Positions 44,801-55,589 of a stretch of DNA of 64,000 bases are shown one piece after another. Origin of the DNA: Macrostomum lignano. Its lineage: Eukaryota. Position numbers and translations under genes: made by a program. The first letter of the stretch is position 1. Each line of letters opens with the position of its first letter. Below the pieces are notes generated by a model. That model was not told the DNA's origin. It saw nothing but the letters and a program-made list of their open reading frames with translations, and did not search any database. The DNA lies in contig NIVC01002450.1 in NCBI GenBank assembly GCA_002269645.1, positions 62,001 to 126,000 on the forward strand, read 5' to 3'.

Positions 44801-47439
44801 GGAAACTTCTTTCGGTTAAACCTGACTTCTAAAATTTTGCAAGGAACGAACAAAAAATCGTATCGGATAGTAGATTGAATTGGATTCGATAAGCGGCTTG
44901 GCTTGAGCTTGAATTGCTTATTGAACTGAGCGGCTCTCTATCCCTCTCTGCCCTATACTTGGCCGGAACTTGGGACCAATCTAAATTTCGATTCGGAAAT
45001 ATCAGATTAAATTGCTAATCCGGCAATATCGTGCAGTGCAGGGGGGTGGGTTGGATAGCAGAAATCAGTCGAATTGAGAGATAGGGGAGGGATGGGGGAG
45101 AGTGGGATTATCGAAAATTTCATCATCCCTCCATGCGACTTAGGTGGGGATTTCAGCCGGTTTCAGCGTGAAAAGGTTTAGACCAGCGCGCTGATTGAGA
45201 CTGAAGAAAGACTCTGAGAAAAGCAATCTACGGAATTGTTTACGAGGCCAAGGCCTGCTTCCGGTGAAACTGATAGCCTTCTCCTCCGGTTTAAAGAAGT
45301 TTTTCCCGATTTTTGTTATTTAAATTAATTCATTTTCCCCTTTCTAACAGAGAAATTCCCAAGCTTGACCCCGCCTAAAAGCCCGGCAGCGGAGACAAAG
45401 GCCCGGCCTAATTCAACACCGTCGCAATCGCAAGGTGCGAAAAAGTATTCCAACAATTCTGCAGCAACCGCTTTTGCTTCTTTGAAAAGAATTTCGAAGT
45501 AATGCGACACCTCTTTGCTCGCAACCTGGCCGCAATCCCATAAGCGCCTACGGGCCATTTTATCCTCTTTGTGTCTGTCTGGATGCAGAAAAATCACCCC
45601 ACCCACCCCCATGCACACACAGACATTGGAAGAGAGAAATACAGAGAGGCGAAAGTGGCCCGCAAGGGGTCAGTAGACTGTCAATCAATTCCGATTAAAT
45701 GTCACATTGGAACCGGCCCCCCCTCCCCCCTATGCATATATTTTCAGTCGATCGCATAAACAACAGGTAGGAAATTAGCATGACTCGCCGAGTCAAAGAA
45801 CCTACTGTATAACCCGAATGCGAACACAAAGAGAGAAGCAAGCGCACACATCCAACGCAACAATTTGTTTATAATTGCTTCCAGCAAAAAAGAAGAAGAT
45901 CAGAAACAAAATTGTTGAAAGCGAAAGAGATGGCCAAAGCTGATACTGGAGAGAAGGGGCGGTCTTTTTATTTATACAGATTTCTATGCTTGACCAGCAC
46001 CGCCTTGACCCAACTGGTTCTGCGAGTCACCAGCTTGAAGCTGTGCATTCAAATTAAACTTGCTGATTAAAGTGCTTTATTGTGGCAGGCAGAGAAGTCC
46101 AATTCAATTTGAATCGGATTCGAACCCGGGACCACCACTCCGTCGATGGGGGGGAGGGGGCGGAGGATTCAGTAATTATCCTAAGGGTGTGTATGGGGGG
46201 TCTGCTGACCTCTTTGACCTCCCTTGATCGGCATCCAAAATGGCAAACGATATTCCGTTTCTTAAGGGGTCAGCGGACCTCCTCTCGACCCCACTTCACC
46301 ATTTGAAGAAATTTAAAAATCGTTAATTAACCGTTTCGGCGTCCACTCTGCAAAAGCAGAGAAGTTTATCGGTCGGTCACCCTGCCGCAAGCCCTGAAGC
46401 AATTTCCAAGCCAACCCCCGTTGCCCACCTGCAGAAAATCTTCTTTCACTAGGAGAAGATTTCCCACTCCAATCTGGCCATCTTCAACTTGTTCGCAGAC
46501 ATTTTCTCCCCCCCCCCCCGAGGGCTGTGCCCTCCTCTCCCCGTTGCGTGACAGCCAGCTTCTAGCACACGTGGTCCCCAACTTCTAAATCCCTTTCCGA
46601 GATGACATCCCTTATCGCGTTCCCATTATCTTCTTGTCCGAGAGAAGTTCCCGTGCCGTGCGGGAAACTCTGCGACTGGAGGGGAGGCGGCGGGCCGCCA
46701 ATTTAATGCACAAACTGTGTAAGCGAAAAAAGTGATTTTCTATATCTTAACTGCTAGACTGGTTGACTAAAATCTCGGCCATCCGGCCAGCTTCCCACTC
46801 CGGGGGCATCATCTCTAAGCCAAGCAGATTGTCTCCGCCGAATGAAAATGCGCCGGACCACACAAGTGGCAAGTGCGATCAAGATGATGATTTGGGATTT
46901 TGCTCCGGGGCGGCCTGAGACCTCCTTGGGGGCATGGGGGATGTTAAAATGCGAGCCCTCCCTCCCCCCAGCCTTTATTGGTTGGTTATGACAATTTGCG
47001 AAGCTGTCAGTCAGACAGGGCTGGGGCCTGTGTGTGTGCCCGGGCGTGTGTTTATATCAAAATTATTCGGCAGGAAGGAGGGCGCACAGCTAATGGAATC
47101 AAGGCGATGGAGCAGCCGATTAAGGAAACAAGGGGACCGCCCAGCGGGGGCCCGACTTTGTGTCCATCGGGCCGGACACCGCAGAAAAAACTACCTGATG
47201 CTGGTGGCTGACTTGGCCGCTTCCAATTCCGTTTAGATCTGCTGCTTTTTCTTTTCCCTCTTTCTTTTTTTGCAGATCAATTTCCGTCACTCAGCGTCTG
47301 CGCGTTGAGTGCAAGCCTGTCCTGTCAATCTTCTGTTTTATTGAGTGCCTGAAGCTTATTGTATAATTGCTCAATTGATTTATATATTAGACAGGCCTCT
47401 CTTAGTGAGGATAAGAGAGGGACCATCTACGAGCGTAGG

Positions 47440-48700
47440 TGTCTGTAGTGTCAGCTCTGGTGTCTGTAGTGTCAGCTTTTGTGTCTGTTAGTGTCAGCTT
47501 TTGTGTCTTTAGCGTCAGCTTTTGTGTCTGTAGTGTCAGCTTTTGTGTCTGTAGTGTCAGCTTTTGTGCCTGTAGTGTCAGCTTTTGTGTCTGTAGTGTC
47601 AGCTTTTGTGCCTGTAGTGTCAGCTTTTGTGCCTGTAGTGTCAGCTTTTGTGTCTGTAGTGTCAGCTTTTGTGCCTGTAGTGTCAGCTTTTGTGTCTGTA
47701 GTGTCAGCTCTGGTGTCTGTAGTGTCAGCTTTTGTGTCTGTTAGTGTCAGCTTTTGTGTCTTTAGCGTCAGCTTTTGTGTCTTTAGTGTCAGCTTTTGTG
47801 TCTGTAGTGTCAGCTTTTGTGTCTGTAGTGTCAGCTTTTGTGTCTGTAGTGTCAGCTTTTGTGTCTGTAGTGTCAGCTTTAGGGGGCCGTAGCCCAGCGG
47901 TAGCGCAGCTGCTCTGGTGTGCCAGCGACCCAGGCTCGATTCCAAGTGCAGCCACATTAATTTGGGGCTGAATTGGAATCTCGGCTTGGCTCTGCTCGTG
48001 CAATTAACGGCCTTGAGAGCCAACCCCCCAAGGCGCAGTGAAGTGTACATGCCTAACGATAAAATAAAGTTAGGGCCGCTGTACACTCCTGTGTGAGTGT
48101 GTGCCTGCGTACGTATCCGCGCGCTTGTATGCCTGCTCAGGGGAGTCGGCGGAATGGGCAGTAATGCCTCTCGCCGGTTGTGTGCCAATGTCGCTTAAAG
48201 TGCGCCAGGGTGCACACAACCCCCTGCCTCTAAAAAAAGTGTCAGCTTTTGTGTCTTTAGCGTCAGCTTTTGTGTCTTTAGTGTCAGCTTTTGTGCCTGT
48301 AGTGTCAGCTTTTGTGTCTGTAGTGTCAGCTTTTGTGTCTGCAGTGTCAGATCTGGTGTCTGTAGTGACAGCTTTTGTGTCTGTAGTGTCAGCTTTTGTG
48401 TCGTAGTGTCAGCTTGGGTGTCTTTAGTGTCAGCTATGGTGTCTGTAGTGTCAGCTCTGGTGTCTGTAGTGACAGCTTTTGTGTTGCAGTGTCAGCTTGG
48501 GTGTCTGTAGTGTCAGCTTTTGTGTCGTAGTGTCAGCTTGGGTGTCTGTTAGTGTCAGCTTTTGTGTCTGTAGTGTCAGCTTGGGTGTCTTTAGTGTCAG
48601 CTATGGTGTCTGTAGTGTCAGCTCTGGTGTCTGTAGTGACAGCTTTTGTGTTGCAGTGTCAGCTTGGGTGTCTGTAGTCTCAGGTTGGGTGTCTGTAGTG
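47440..48700. repeat. 21-bp minisatellite TGTAGTGTCAGCTTTTGTGTC, split by a SINE insertion
   Basis: Arrays at 47440-47880 and 48238-48700. Confidence 0.95.
47881..48238 (+). mobile_element. tRNA-derived SINE, family A (full length, about 355 bp)
   Basis: GGGGGCCGTAGCCCAGCGG (A-box), GGCTCGATTCC (B-box), A-rich tail CTCTAAAAAAA; 3 copies in the window. Confidence 0.85.
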
Positions 48701-48964
48701 TCAATAAATGCACTCAGAGATGATGTAAAAGTAGCTTTGAATAAATATATTTAGACATTTTTTACAGTTTAGAAGTTTATTAAAACATTCAAAGTTGATA
48801 CGCTTTAACATTCCAGTTTAGATTTCTAGTGTAGTTTGATCACAATTTTAATGACAATGCTACATTACAGAGAGAGTAAGTTCAACTGATACTCTAGAAG
48901 CCAAATCAAGATGAGAGAATCTGAAAATAAATGAGAGTTCTTAAAGTGAGAGTTCTGAAAGTGT

Positions 48965-49290
48965 GAGAGTCAGGAACTGTGCATGAGAGTCAGGAACTGT
49001 GCATGAGAGTCAGGAACTGTGCGTGAGAGTCAGGAACTGTGCGTGAGAGTCAGGAACTGTGCGTGAGAGTCAGGAAATGTGCATGAGAGTCAGGAACTAT
49101 GCGTGAGAGTCAGGAACTGTGCGTGAGAGGCAGGAACTGTGCGTGAGAGTCAGGAACTGTGCGTGAGAGTCAGGAACTGTGCGTGAGAGTCAGGAACTGT
49201 GCGTGAGAGTCAGGAACTGTGCGTGAGAGTCAGGAACTGTGCGTGAGAGTCAGGAACTGTGCGTGAGAGTCAGGAACTGTGCGTGAGAGT
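48965..49290. repeat. 20-bp minisatellite GAGAGTCAGGAACTGTGCGT, just downstream of the SEC14L stop
   Basis: About 16 copies. Confidence 0.95.
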
Positions 49291-49306
49291 TCCTAGAAAC
49301 TTTTTG

Positions 49307-50892
49307 TCAGTCGCTGGGAACCTGGCCGCCGTAGCATATGAGGCTGCGGCAGGCGGGGTCATTGTCCGTGGGGTCCAGCAGCTTGCCGCCGTAGGCAGCC
49401 GGTAGCTGGTCGGGCGGCACAGCAGCCAGCAGGGTGGCCCGGCCAGCCTCGCCCTCCGGCAAGATTCGGACAGTCTGCCGGGTGGCCGGAGAAAGAAGCG
49501 GCCCCATCAGACGCCAGATGAGCTGAGTAAGCCGCTGATGCTTGGGATTCAGCACCAGCGCTGAGCCCAGCAACTCGGGATAATTCGCCTCGAGAACTCT
49601 GCTCAGCTCCTTGACGTAGGCCAGCCCGTCCGAGTTCATCTGGCGCCGGCCAAAGCCGGCCAAGTCGATGACGTAGACAGCCTGGCAGACGGGCAGGCCG
49701 GTGCGACGGCGGGCAGCGGGAAAGTCGCGCCGCAACAGTCGCTCCCAGATTCGGACCCGACTGAGTACCAGCTCGCGGATGCTGTGCCGCCTCATCAGGC
49801 CAGACATGTCGAATTGGCCGATCGGGTCGATAAAAACCGGCCGACCCTCGCGGTCGGAGCCGCAACGGCCGCCGGTGTGGTAGCGGCGAATGAGCTCGGG
49901 TACGTGCGAGTCGGCCGAGTCCGGCTGGCTATCTGCAGAAGGGGTTTTTTAGCGCATGCGCGCGTTTTCTACTATAGGTAGTTTAGGGTAGTTTTTATAT
50001 TTCTATTCTATGCCTGCAGATAGTTCTGATACTCCTGTAGCTTAGTCCTATGTCTGCAGTTGGAGCTAAAACTCCTACATAACCTCTAAATAGTACTACC
50101 TAGGAATTGTAGCCACAGGGTTTGTAGCCTAGTAGTTAGAGCGTCGGACTAACAATTGAAAGGTCGGGGGTTCGATTTTGGATCCACTTGGAACGATTTG
50201 CGTACTTGAGCAAGACACTTAAATCTGCATTGCTTCAGTTCACCCAGCTGTAAATGTATACCATCATTAGCTGGGATATAATTACAGGTGGTACAGAGCC
50301 TTCAGTCTGCAGTTAGAGCACTGTGTACTTTTGTAGCATAGTCTATGTCTGCAGTTAGAGCACTGTGTACTTTTGTAGCATAGTCCATGTCTGCAGTTAG
50401 AGAACTTTGTACTTTTTTAGCATAGTCTATGTCTGCAGATAGAGCACTGTAGCATAAGTTATGTCTGCAGTTAAAGCTACATGACTGCAGACGCAATAAA
50501 TCACCATCAAACTGGTCTGCAGCTTCTTCTCCATCATCGAAATACGGAATGGACATTGAGTCGATGCCGTTCTCCCGACGCCAGACCAGGTGTCGGCGCA
50601 GCATGTCGACAGCTTTGTCCGCATTGTAGTCGCTGGCCCGCAGCCACTTTGCCAAGTAGAACTGATCAGACAGCAGATGGCGAGTGAAACCAGGAGTTGG
50701 CAAATCGCCAAGCAAAGTTGCTACGCTGATTTTTAACCGAGTGTAGGCGGCCAGCCGGCCCGGTTTGGCATTGAGCTCGCCGCACACTTGCCCACTATAG
50801 TCGGTGTGACACGGCGGATCGACAAATTTCGCCGACGCATCGACTGGTTCCGGTGCGGCAGATTCTGAAGCAGGTTTCGTCGATGCCGACAT
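49307..50892 (-). CDS. SEC14L: SEC14-like (CRAL-TRIO) lipid-transfer protein, SEC14L2 type, 2 exons (50892-50505, 49932-49307), 337 aa
   Basis: YLAKWLRASDYNADKAVDMLRRHLVWRREN, YHTGGRCGSDREGRPVFIDPIG, VIDLAG, EANYPELLG, PDQLPAAYGG, LICYGGQVP; the exons sum to 1014 nt in frame. Confidence 0.9.
50118..50285 (+). mobile_element. SINE family B, second (truncated) copy in the SEC14L intron
   Basis: GTAGCCTAGTAGTTAGAGCGTCGGACT...GGTTCGAT...CTTGAGCAAGACACTTAAATCTGCATTGCTTCAGTTCACCCAGCTGTAAAT matches 3465-3775. Confidence 0.75.
50300..50480. repeat. ~42-bp repeat TCTGCAGTTAGAGCACTGTGTACTTTTGTAGCATAGTCTATG (SEC14L intron)
   Basis: About 4 copies. Confidence 0.8.
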
Positions 50893-51041
50893 GGATGGCG
50901 CAGATGTGTGTACTGAAGTACTTCAGTACTTGCTGGTGTGCTTGTCAGATCTTGCATAGCCCCGAGTTGCAAGCTCAAACACTGTTTTTTACGCGAGAAA
51001 CTTCAAAATAGGCCCCAAACCTTAACTGATAAGAAGCCATA

Positions 51042-51379
51042 CTTTTTAGATTAGAGGCAGGGGGCTGTGTGCACCCTGGCGCACTTTAAGCGACATTGTC
51101 ACACAACCGACTAGGACTGCCATTCCACAGACTCGTACGCAGTCATACGCACAGGCACACACTCACACAAGAGTGTACAGCGGCCCTAACTTTATTTATC
51201 GTTAGTCATGTACACTTTACTGTGACTTGGTGGGTTGGCCCTCAAAGCCGTTAATTGCACGAGCAGAGCCAAGCCGAGATTCCAATTTAGACCCAAAATT
51301 AATGAGACTGCACTTGGAATCGAGCCTGGGCCGCTGGCACATCAGAGCGACGCGCTACACCACTGGGCTACGGCCCCCC
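51042..51379 (-). mobile_element. SINE family A, full-length copy with target-site duplication
   Basis: Reverse complement of 47881-48238; flanked by TAAGAAGCCATA (51030-51041) and TAAGAAACCATA (51380-51391). Confidence 0.85.
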
Positions 51380-51611
51380 TAAGAAACCATATGCGTACAT
51401 CTGGATGTACGAAGTATCAAATTAATTTTAGAACACTTTTTGCTAGTAAGCCACAATCTGTCTCTCGCCTGAGACAGATGCATGCGAGAGCGGACATGCT
51501 TACACTGTATAATTCAGATATTCAACAAAAAATAAAAAACTTTTGTTCGAAATGAGACAAAAAATAAATCGATAGATTATTTCCTGTGTTTTATAAATCT
51601 TAACTATTCAA

Positions 51612-54554
51612 TCAGGTTGAAGGGGCAGCAGCATTAGCCACAGCATTAACTCCAGCATTAGCCACAAGATTAGCCGCAGCAGAGTCGGAGGTCGTCAGAC
51701 CGAGCTCAGCCTCGATGAAACGATTAATCTCGTTCGAGTCGAGCTCGCCCAGATACGTGCGCCTCCGCGTGTCCCCGCGAATGTACAGCTGAATGTACGG
51801 CGTGCCAGGAACGTAGATTCCGGCTGGACAAGCGTTTGCGCTGACGTCCATGGCGCAGAAGGCCAGCTGGTCGCGGCGTCCGCTGAACGCTTGGGCGCTG
51901 TCGCGGAAGGCCTGGCCAGCCGGTCGACAAGCAGCACACTTTGGGTGGTAGTACTTAACCAGCACACTCCTGCAGTTTGGAATTAGTTAGTCTACAGGGA
52001 AGCTTTGGACTCTCAGTCCCTGCCCGATTACACTGGAAGCACAACTCTCAGTCCCTGCCCGATTACACTGGAAGCACACTCTCAGTCCCTGCCCGATTAC
52101 ACTGGAAGCACACTCTCAGTTCCTGCCCGATTACACTGGAAGCACACTCTCAGTTCCTGCCCGATTACACTGGAAGCACACTCTCAGTTCCGATTACACT
52201 GGAAGCACACTCTCAGTCCCTGCCCGAATACACTGGAAGCACACTCTCAGTTCCTGCCCGATTACACTGGAAGCATAACTCTCAGTTCCTGCCCGATTAC
52301 ACTGGAAGCACACTCTCAGTTCCTGCCCGATTACACTGGAAGCACACTCTCAGTTCCTGCCCGATTACACTGGAAGCACACTCTCAGTTCCTGCCCGATT
52401 ACACTGGAAGCACACTCTCAGTTCCGATTACACTGGAAGCACACTCTCAGTTCCTGCCCGATTACACTGGAAGCACACTCTCAGTTCCTGCCCGATTACA
52501 CTGGAAGCATAACTCTCAGTTCCTGCCCGATTACACTGGAAGCACACTCTCAGTTCCTGCCCGATTACACTGGAAGCACACTCTCAGTTCCGATTACACT
52601 GGAAGCACACTCTCAGTCCCTGCCCGATTTCACTGGTAGCATAACTCTCAGTTCCTGCCCGATTACACTGGAAGCATAACTCTCAGTTCCTGCCCGATTA
52701 CACTGGAAGCACACTCTCAGTTCCTGCCCGATTACACTGGAAGCACACTCTCAGTTCCTGCCCGATTACACTGGAAGCACACTCTCAGTCCCTGCCCGAT
52801 TACACTGGAAGCACACTCTCAGTTCCTGCCCGATTACACTGGAAGCACACTCTCAGTTCCTGCCCGATTACACTGGAAGCACACTCTCAGTTCCTGCCCG
52901 ATTACACTGGAAGCATAACTCTCAGTTCCTGCCCGATTACACTGGAAGCACACTCTCAGTCCCTGCCCGATTTCACTGGTAGCATAACTCTCAGTTCCTG
53001 CCCGATTACACTGGAAGCATAACTCTCAGTTCCTGCCCGATTACACTGGAAGCACACTCTCAGTTCCTGCCCGATTACACTGGAAGCACACTCTCAGTTC
53101 CTGCCCGATTACACTGGAAGCACACTCTCAGTCCCTGCCCGATTACACTGGAAGCACACTCTCAGTTCCTGCCCGATTACACTGGAAGCACACTCTCAGT
53201 TCCTGCCCGATTACACTGGAAGCACACTCTCAGTTCCTGCCCGATTACACTGGAAGCATAACTCTCAGTTCCTGCCCGATTACACTGGAAGCACACTCTC
53301 AGTCCCTGCCCGATTACACTGGAAGCACACTCTCAGTTCCTGCCCGATTACACTGGAAGCACACTCTCAGTTCCGATTACACTGGAAGCACACTCTCAGT
53401 TCCTGCCCGATTACACTGGAAGCACACTCTCAGTCCCTGCCCGATTACACTGGAAGCACACTCTCAGTTCCTGCCCGATTACACTGGAAGCACACTCTCA
53501 GTTCCTGCCCGATTACACTGGAAGCACACTCTCAGTTCCTGCCCGATTACACTGGAAGCATAACTCTCAGTTCCTGCCCGATTACACTGGAAGCACACTC
53601 TCAGTTCCTGCCCGATTACACTGGAAGCATAACTCTCAGTTCCTGCCCGATTACACTGGAAGCACACTCTCAGTCCCTGCCCGATTACACTGGAAGCACA
53701 CTCTCAGTTCCTGCCCGATTACACTGGAAGCATAACTCTCAGTTCCTGCCCGATTACACTGGAAGCACACTCTCAGTTCCTGCCCGATTACACTGGAAGC
53801 ACACTCTCAGTTCCTGCCCGATTACACTGGAAGCACACTCTCAGTTCCTGCCCGATTACACTGGAAGCACACTCTCAGTTCCTGCCCGATTACACTGGAA
53901 GCACACTCTCAGTTCCTGCCCGATTACACTGGAAGCATAACTCTCAGTTCCTGCCCGATTACACTGGAAGCACACTCTCAGTTCCTGCCCGATTACACTG
54001 GAAGCATAACTCTCAGTTCCTGCCCGATTACACTGGAAGCACACTCTCAGTTCCTGCCCGATTACACTGGAAGCACACTCTCAGTTCCTGCCCGATTACA
54101 CTGGAAGCATAACTCTCAGTTCCTGCCCGATTACACTGGAAGCACACTCTCAGTCCCTGCCCGATTACACTGGAAGCACACTCTCAGTTCCTGCCCGATT
54201 ACACTGGAAGCACACTCTCAGTTCCGATTACACTGGAAGCACACTCTCAGTTCCTGCCCGATTACACTGGAAGCACACTCTCAGTCCCTGCCCGATTACA
54301 CTGGAAGCACACTCTCAGTTCCTGCCCGATTACACTGGAAGCACACTCTCAGTTCCGATTACACTGGAAGCACACTCTCAGTTCCGATTACACTGGAAGC
54401 ACACTCTCAGTCCCTGCCCGATTTCACTGGTAGCACACTCTCAGTCCCTGCCCGATTTCACTGGTAGCACACTCTCAGTCCCTGCCTGAATTACAAACCT
54501 GTTTGGCTGACCAATCACAGAGCGAAAGTTCTTGTTGGTTAACTCTTCGATCAT
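51612..54554 (-). CDS. Small single-domain thioredoxin-like protein with a CAAC motif, 2 exons (54554-54499, 51969-51612), 137 aa
   Basis: MIEELTNKNFRSVIGQPNR|SVLVKYYHPKCAACRPAGQAF...MDVSAN...VPGTPYIQLY..G..Y.GE; phase-2 junction AG|G; 414 nt in frame. Confidence 0.8.
52008..54488. repeat. 34-bp minisatellite CTCTCAGTTCCTGCCCGATTACACTGGAAGCACA filling the thioredoxin intron
   Basis: About 73 copies; the array starts about 10 nt from the donor. Confidence 0.97.
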
Positions 54555-55589
54555 GGCAACTGTTGCAGCTGGGCGGTCGAATTCAAATCTTGAATTGATG
54601 ATACTGGGCCGAATATTCTACGAGTACCGTAGATCTATATTATTTAATAGAACTTTTCTAAATGCCTTCCAAGCTTAGTTCTGAAAATATCTTTTCAAAC
54701 TGCTTTGTTTATGGTGGAAATTCACGACTAACTTTGAATTTGAACATTTAGCTGAAAGCTGAGAGCTTTCTGAGCTGAGAGAACGCTGAATTTCCAATAT
54801 CTCCCGTGTTGGAATTCTGAATTCCAAATGAAGCAAGCATGCGCTTTTTGTCCAAGGTCCATTGTTATGAGACGGGCAATCAAGCAAGGCCTTTTCTCAA
54901 CTGAAAATCCGGCTGTTTCCAATGAGTGTCGAGGTCGCCCAGTGTACACGCTCGACCAAATTTGTCTATGGCAAAAAAGCCCATGTAGCGCTATGCAAAA
55001 GCGAAAATACAACTGTACGTTTGCAGTTCGTAAGTCCAGACGGTGAGGAAAACTTCCTAGTCTAGCCTAGCCGTTTCTAAGAAGTCCTTGGTTGAATACC
55101 GCACTGCCGAGTAGGGACTGACGGTGCGCAATATAGAAAAGTGAAACTTAAAATGGTCCAGTTTTGGCAGTAATTACTGTAAGTAAGTGTAAAGTACATG
55201 GTATTGTGTGCGCGAGTAGTAATAAGTAGTTGCTTTGGCGGCAACAGATTTTTTTAGAAAGCAAATTAAAAAAAAACAGAAGGTAATAAGAAAAGAGTGC
55301 GGGCTAAAACAGAGTGGTTACTATTTGGAAAAAACGATGGCGTGCCTAGATCCAGGGTCCGTTGTAGCGCAATGGTCCATCTACAGAAGCTGTGCTGCTT
55401 TAATAAATAATAAAATAGCAACCCAGTCTCATAAATAAAAAATAGTTTTTTGGGTATACGGAATTCAATTGCTCAAAACATTGCAATTATTGCTGGGCCG
55501 CCGCGCTGACAGGACGGACAGCGCCGACTTGTAAGAAAAATGTAGCAAACTCAGTATAAAAAACGGAGCAAGCAAAACAGATTCTGAAG

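Noticed and set aside
45325-45618. 97-aa minus-strand ORF as a GOLD exon or independent gene
   Set aside because: No GOLD or other recognisable motif, and no supporting splice structure.
47881-47955. tRNA-like sequences with A and B boxes (also near 3700-3775, 10620-10697, 50118-50190, 51305-51379)
   Set aside because: They do not form a complete cloverleaf and continue into shared SINE bodies with tails or TSDs, so they are SINE heads rather than tRNA genes.
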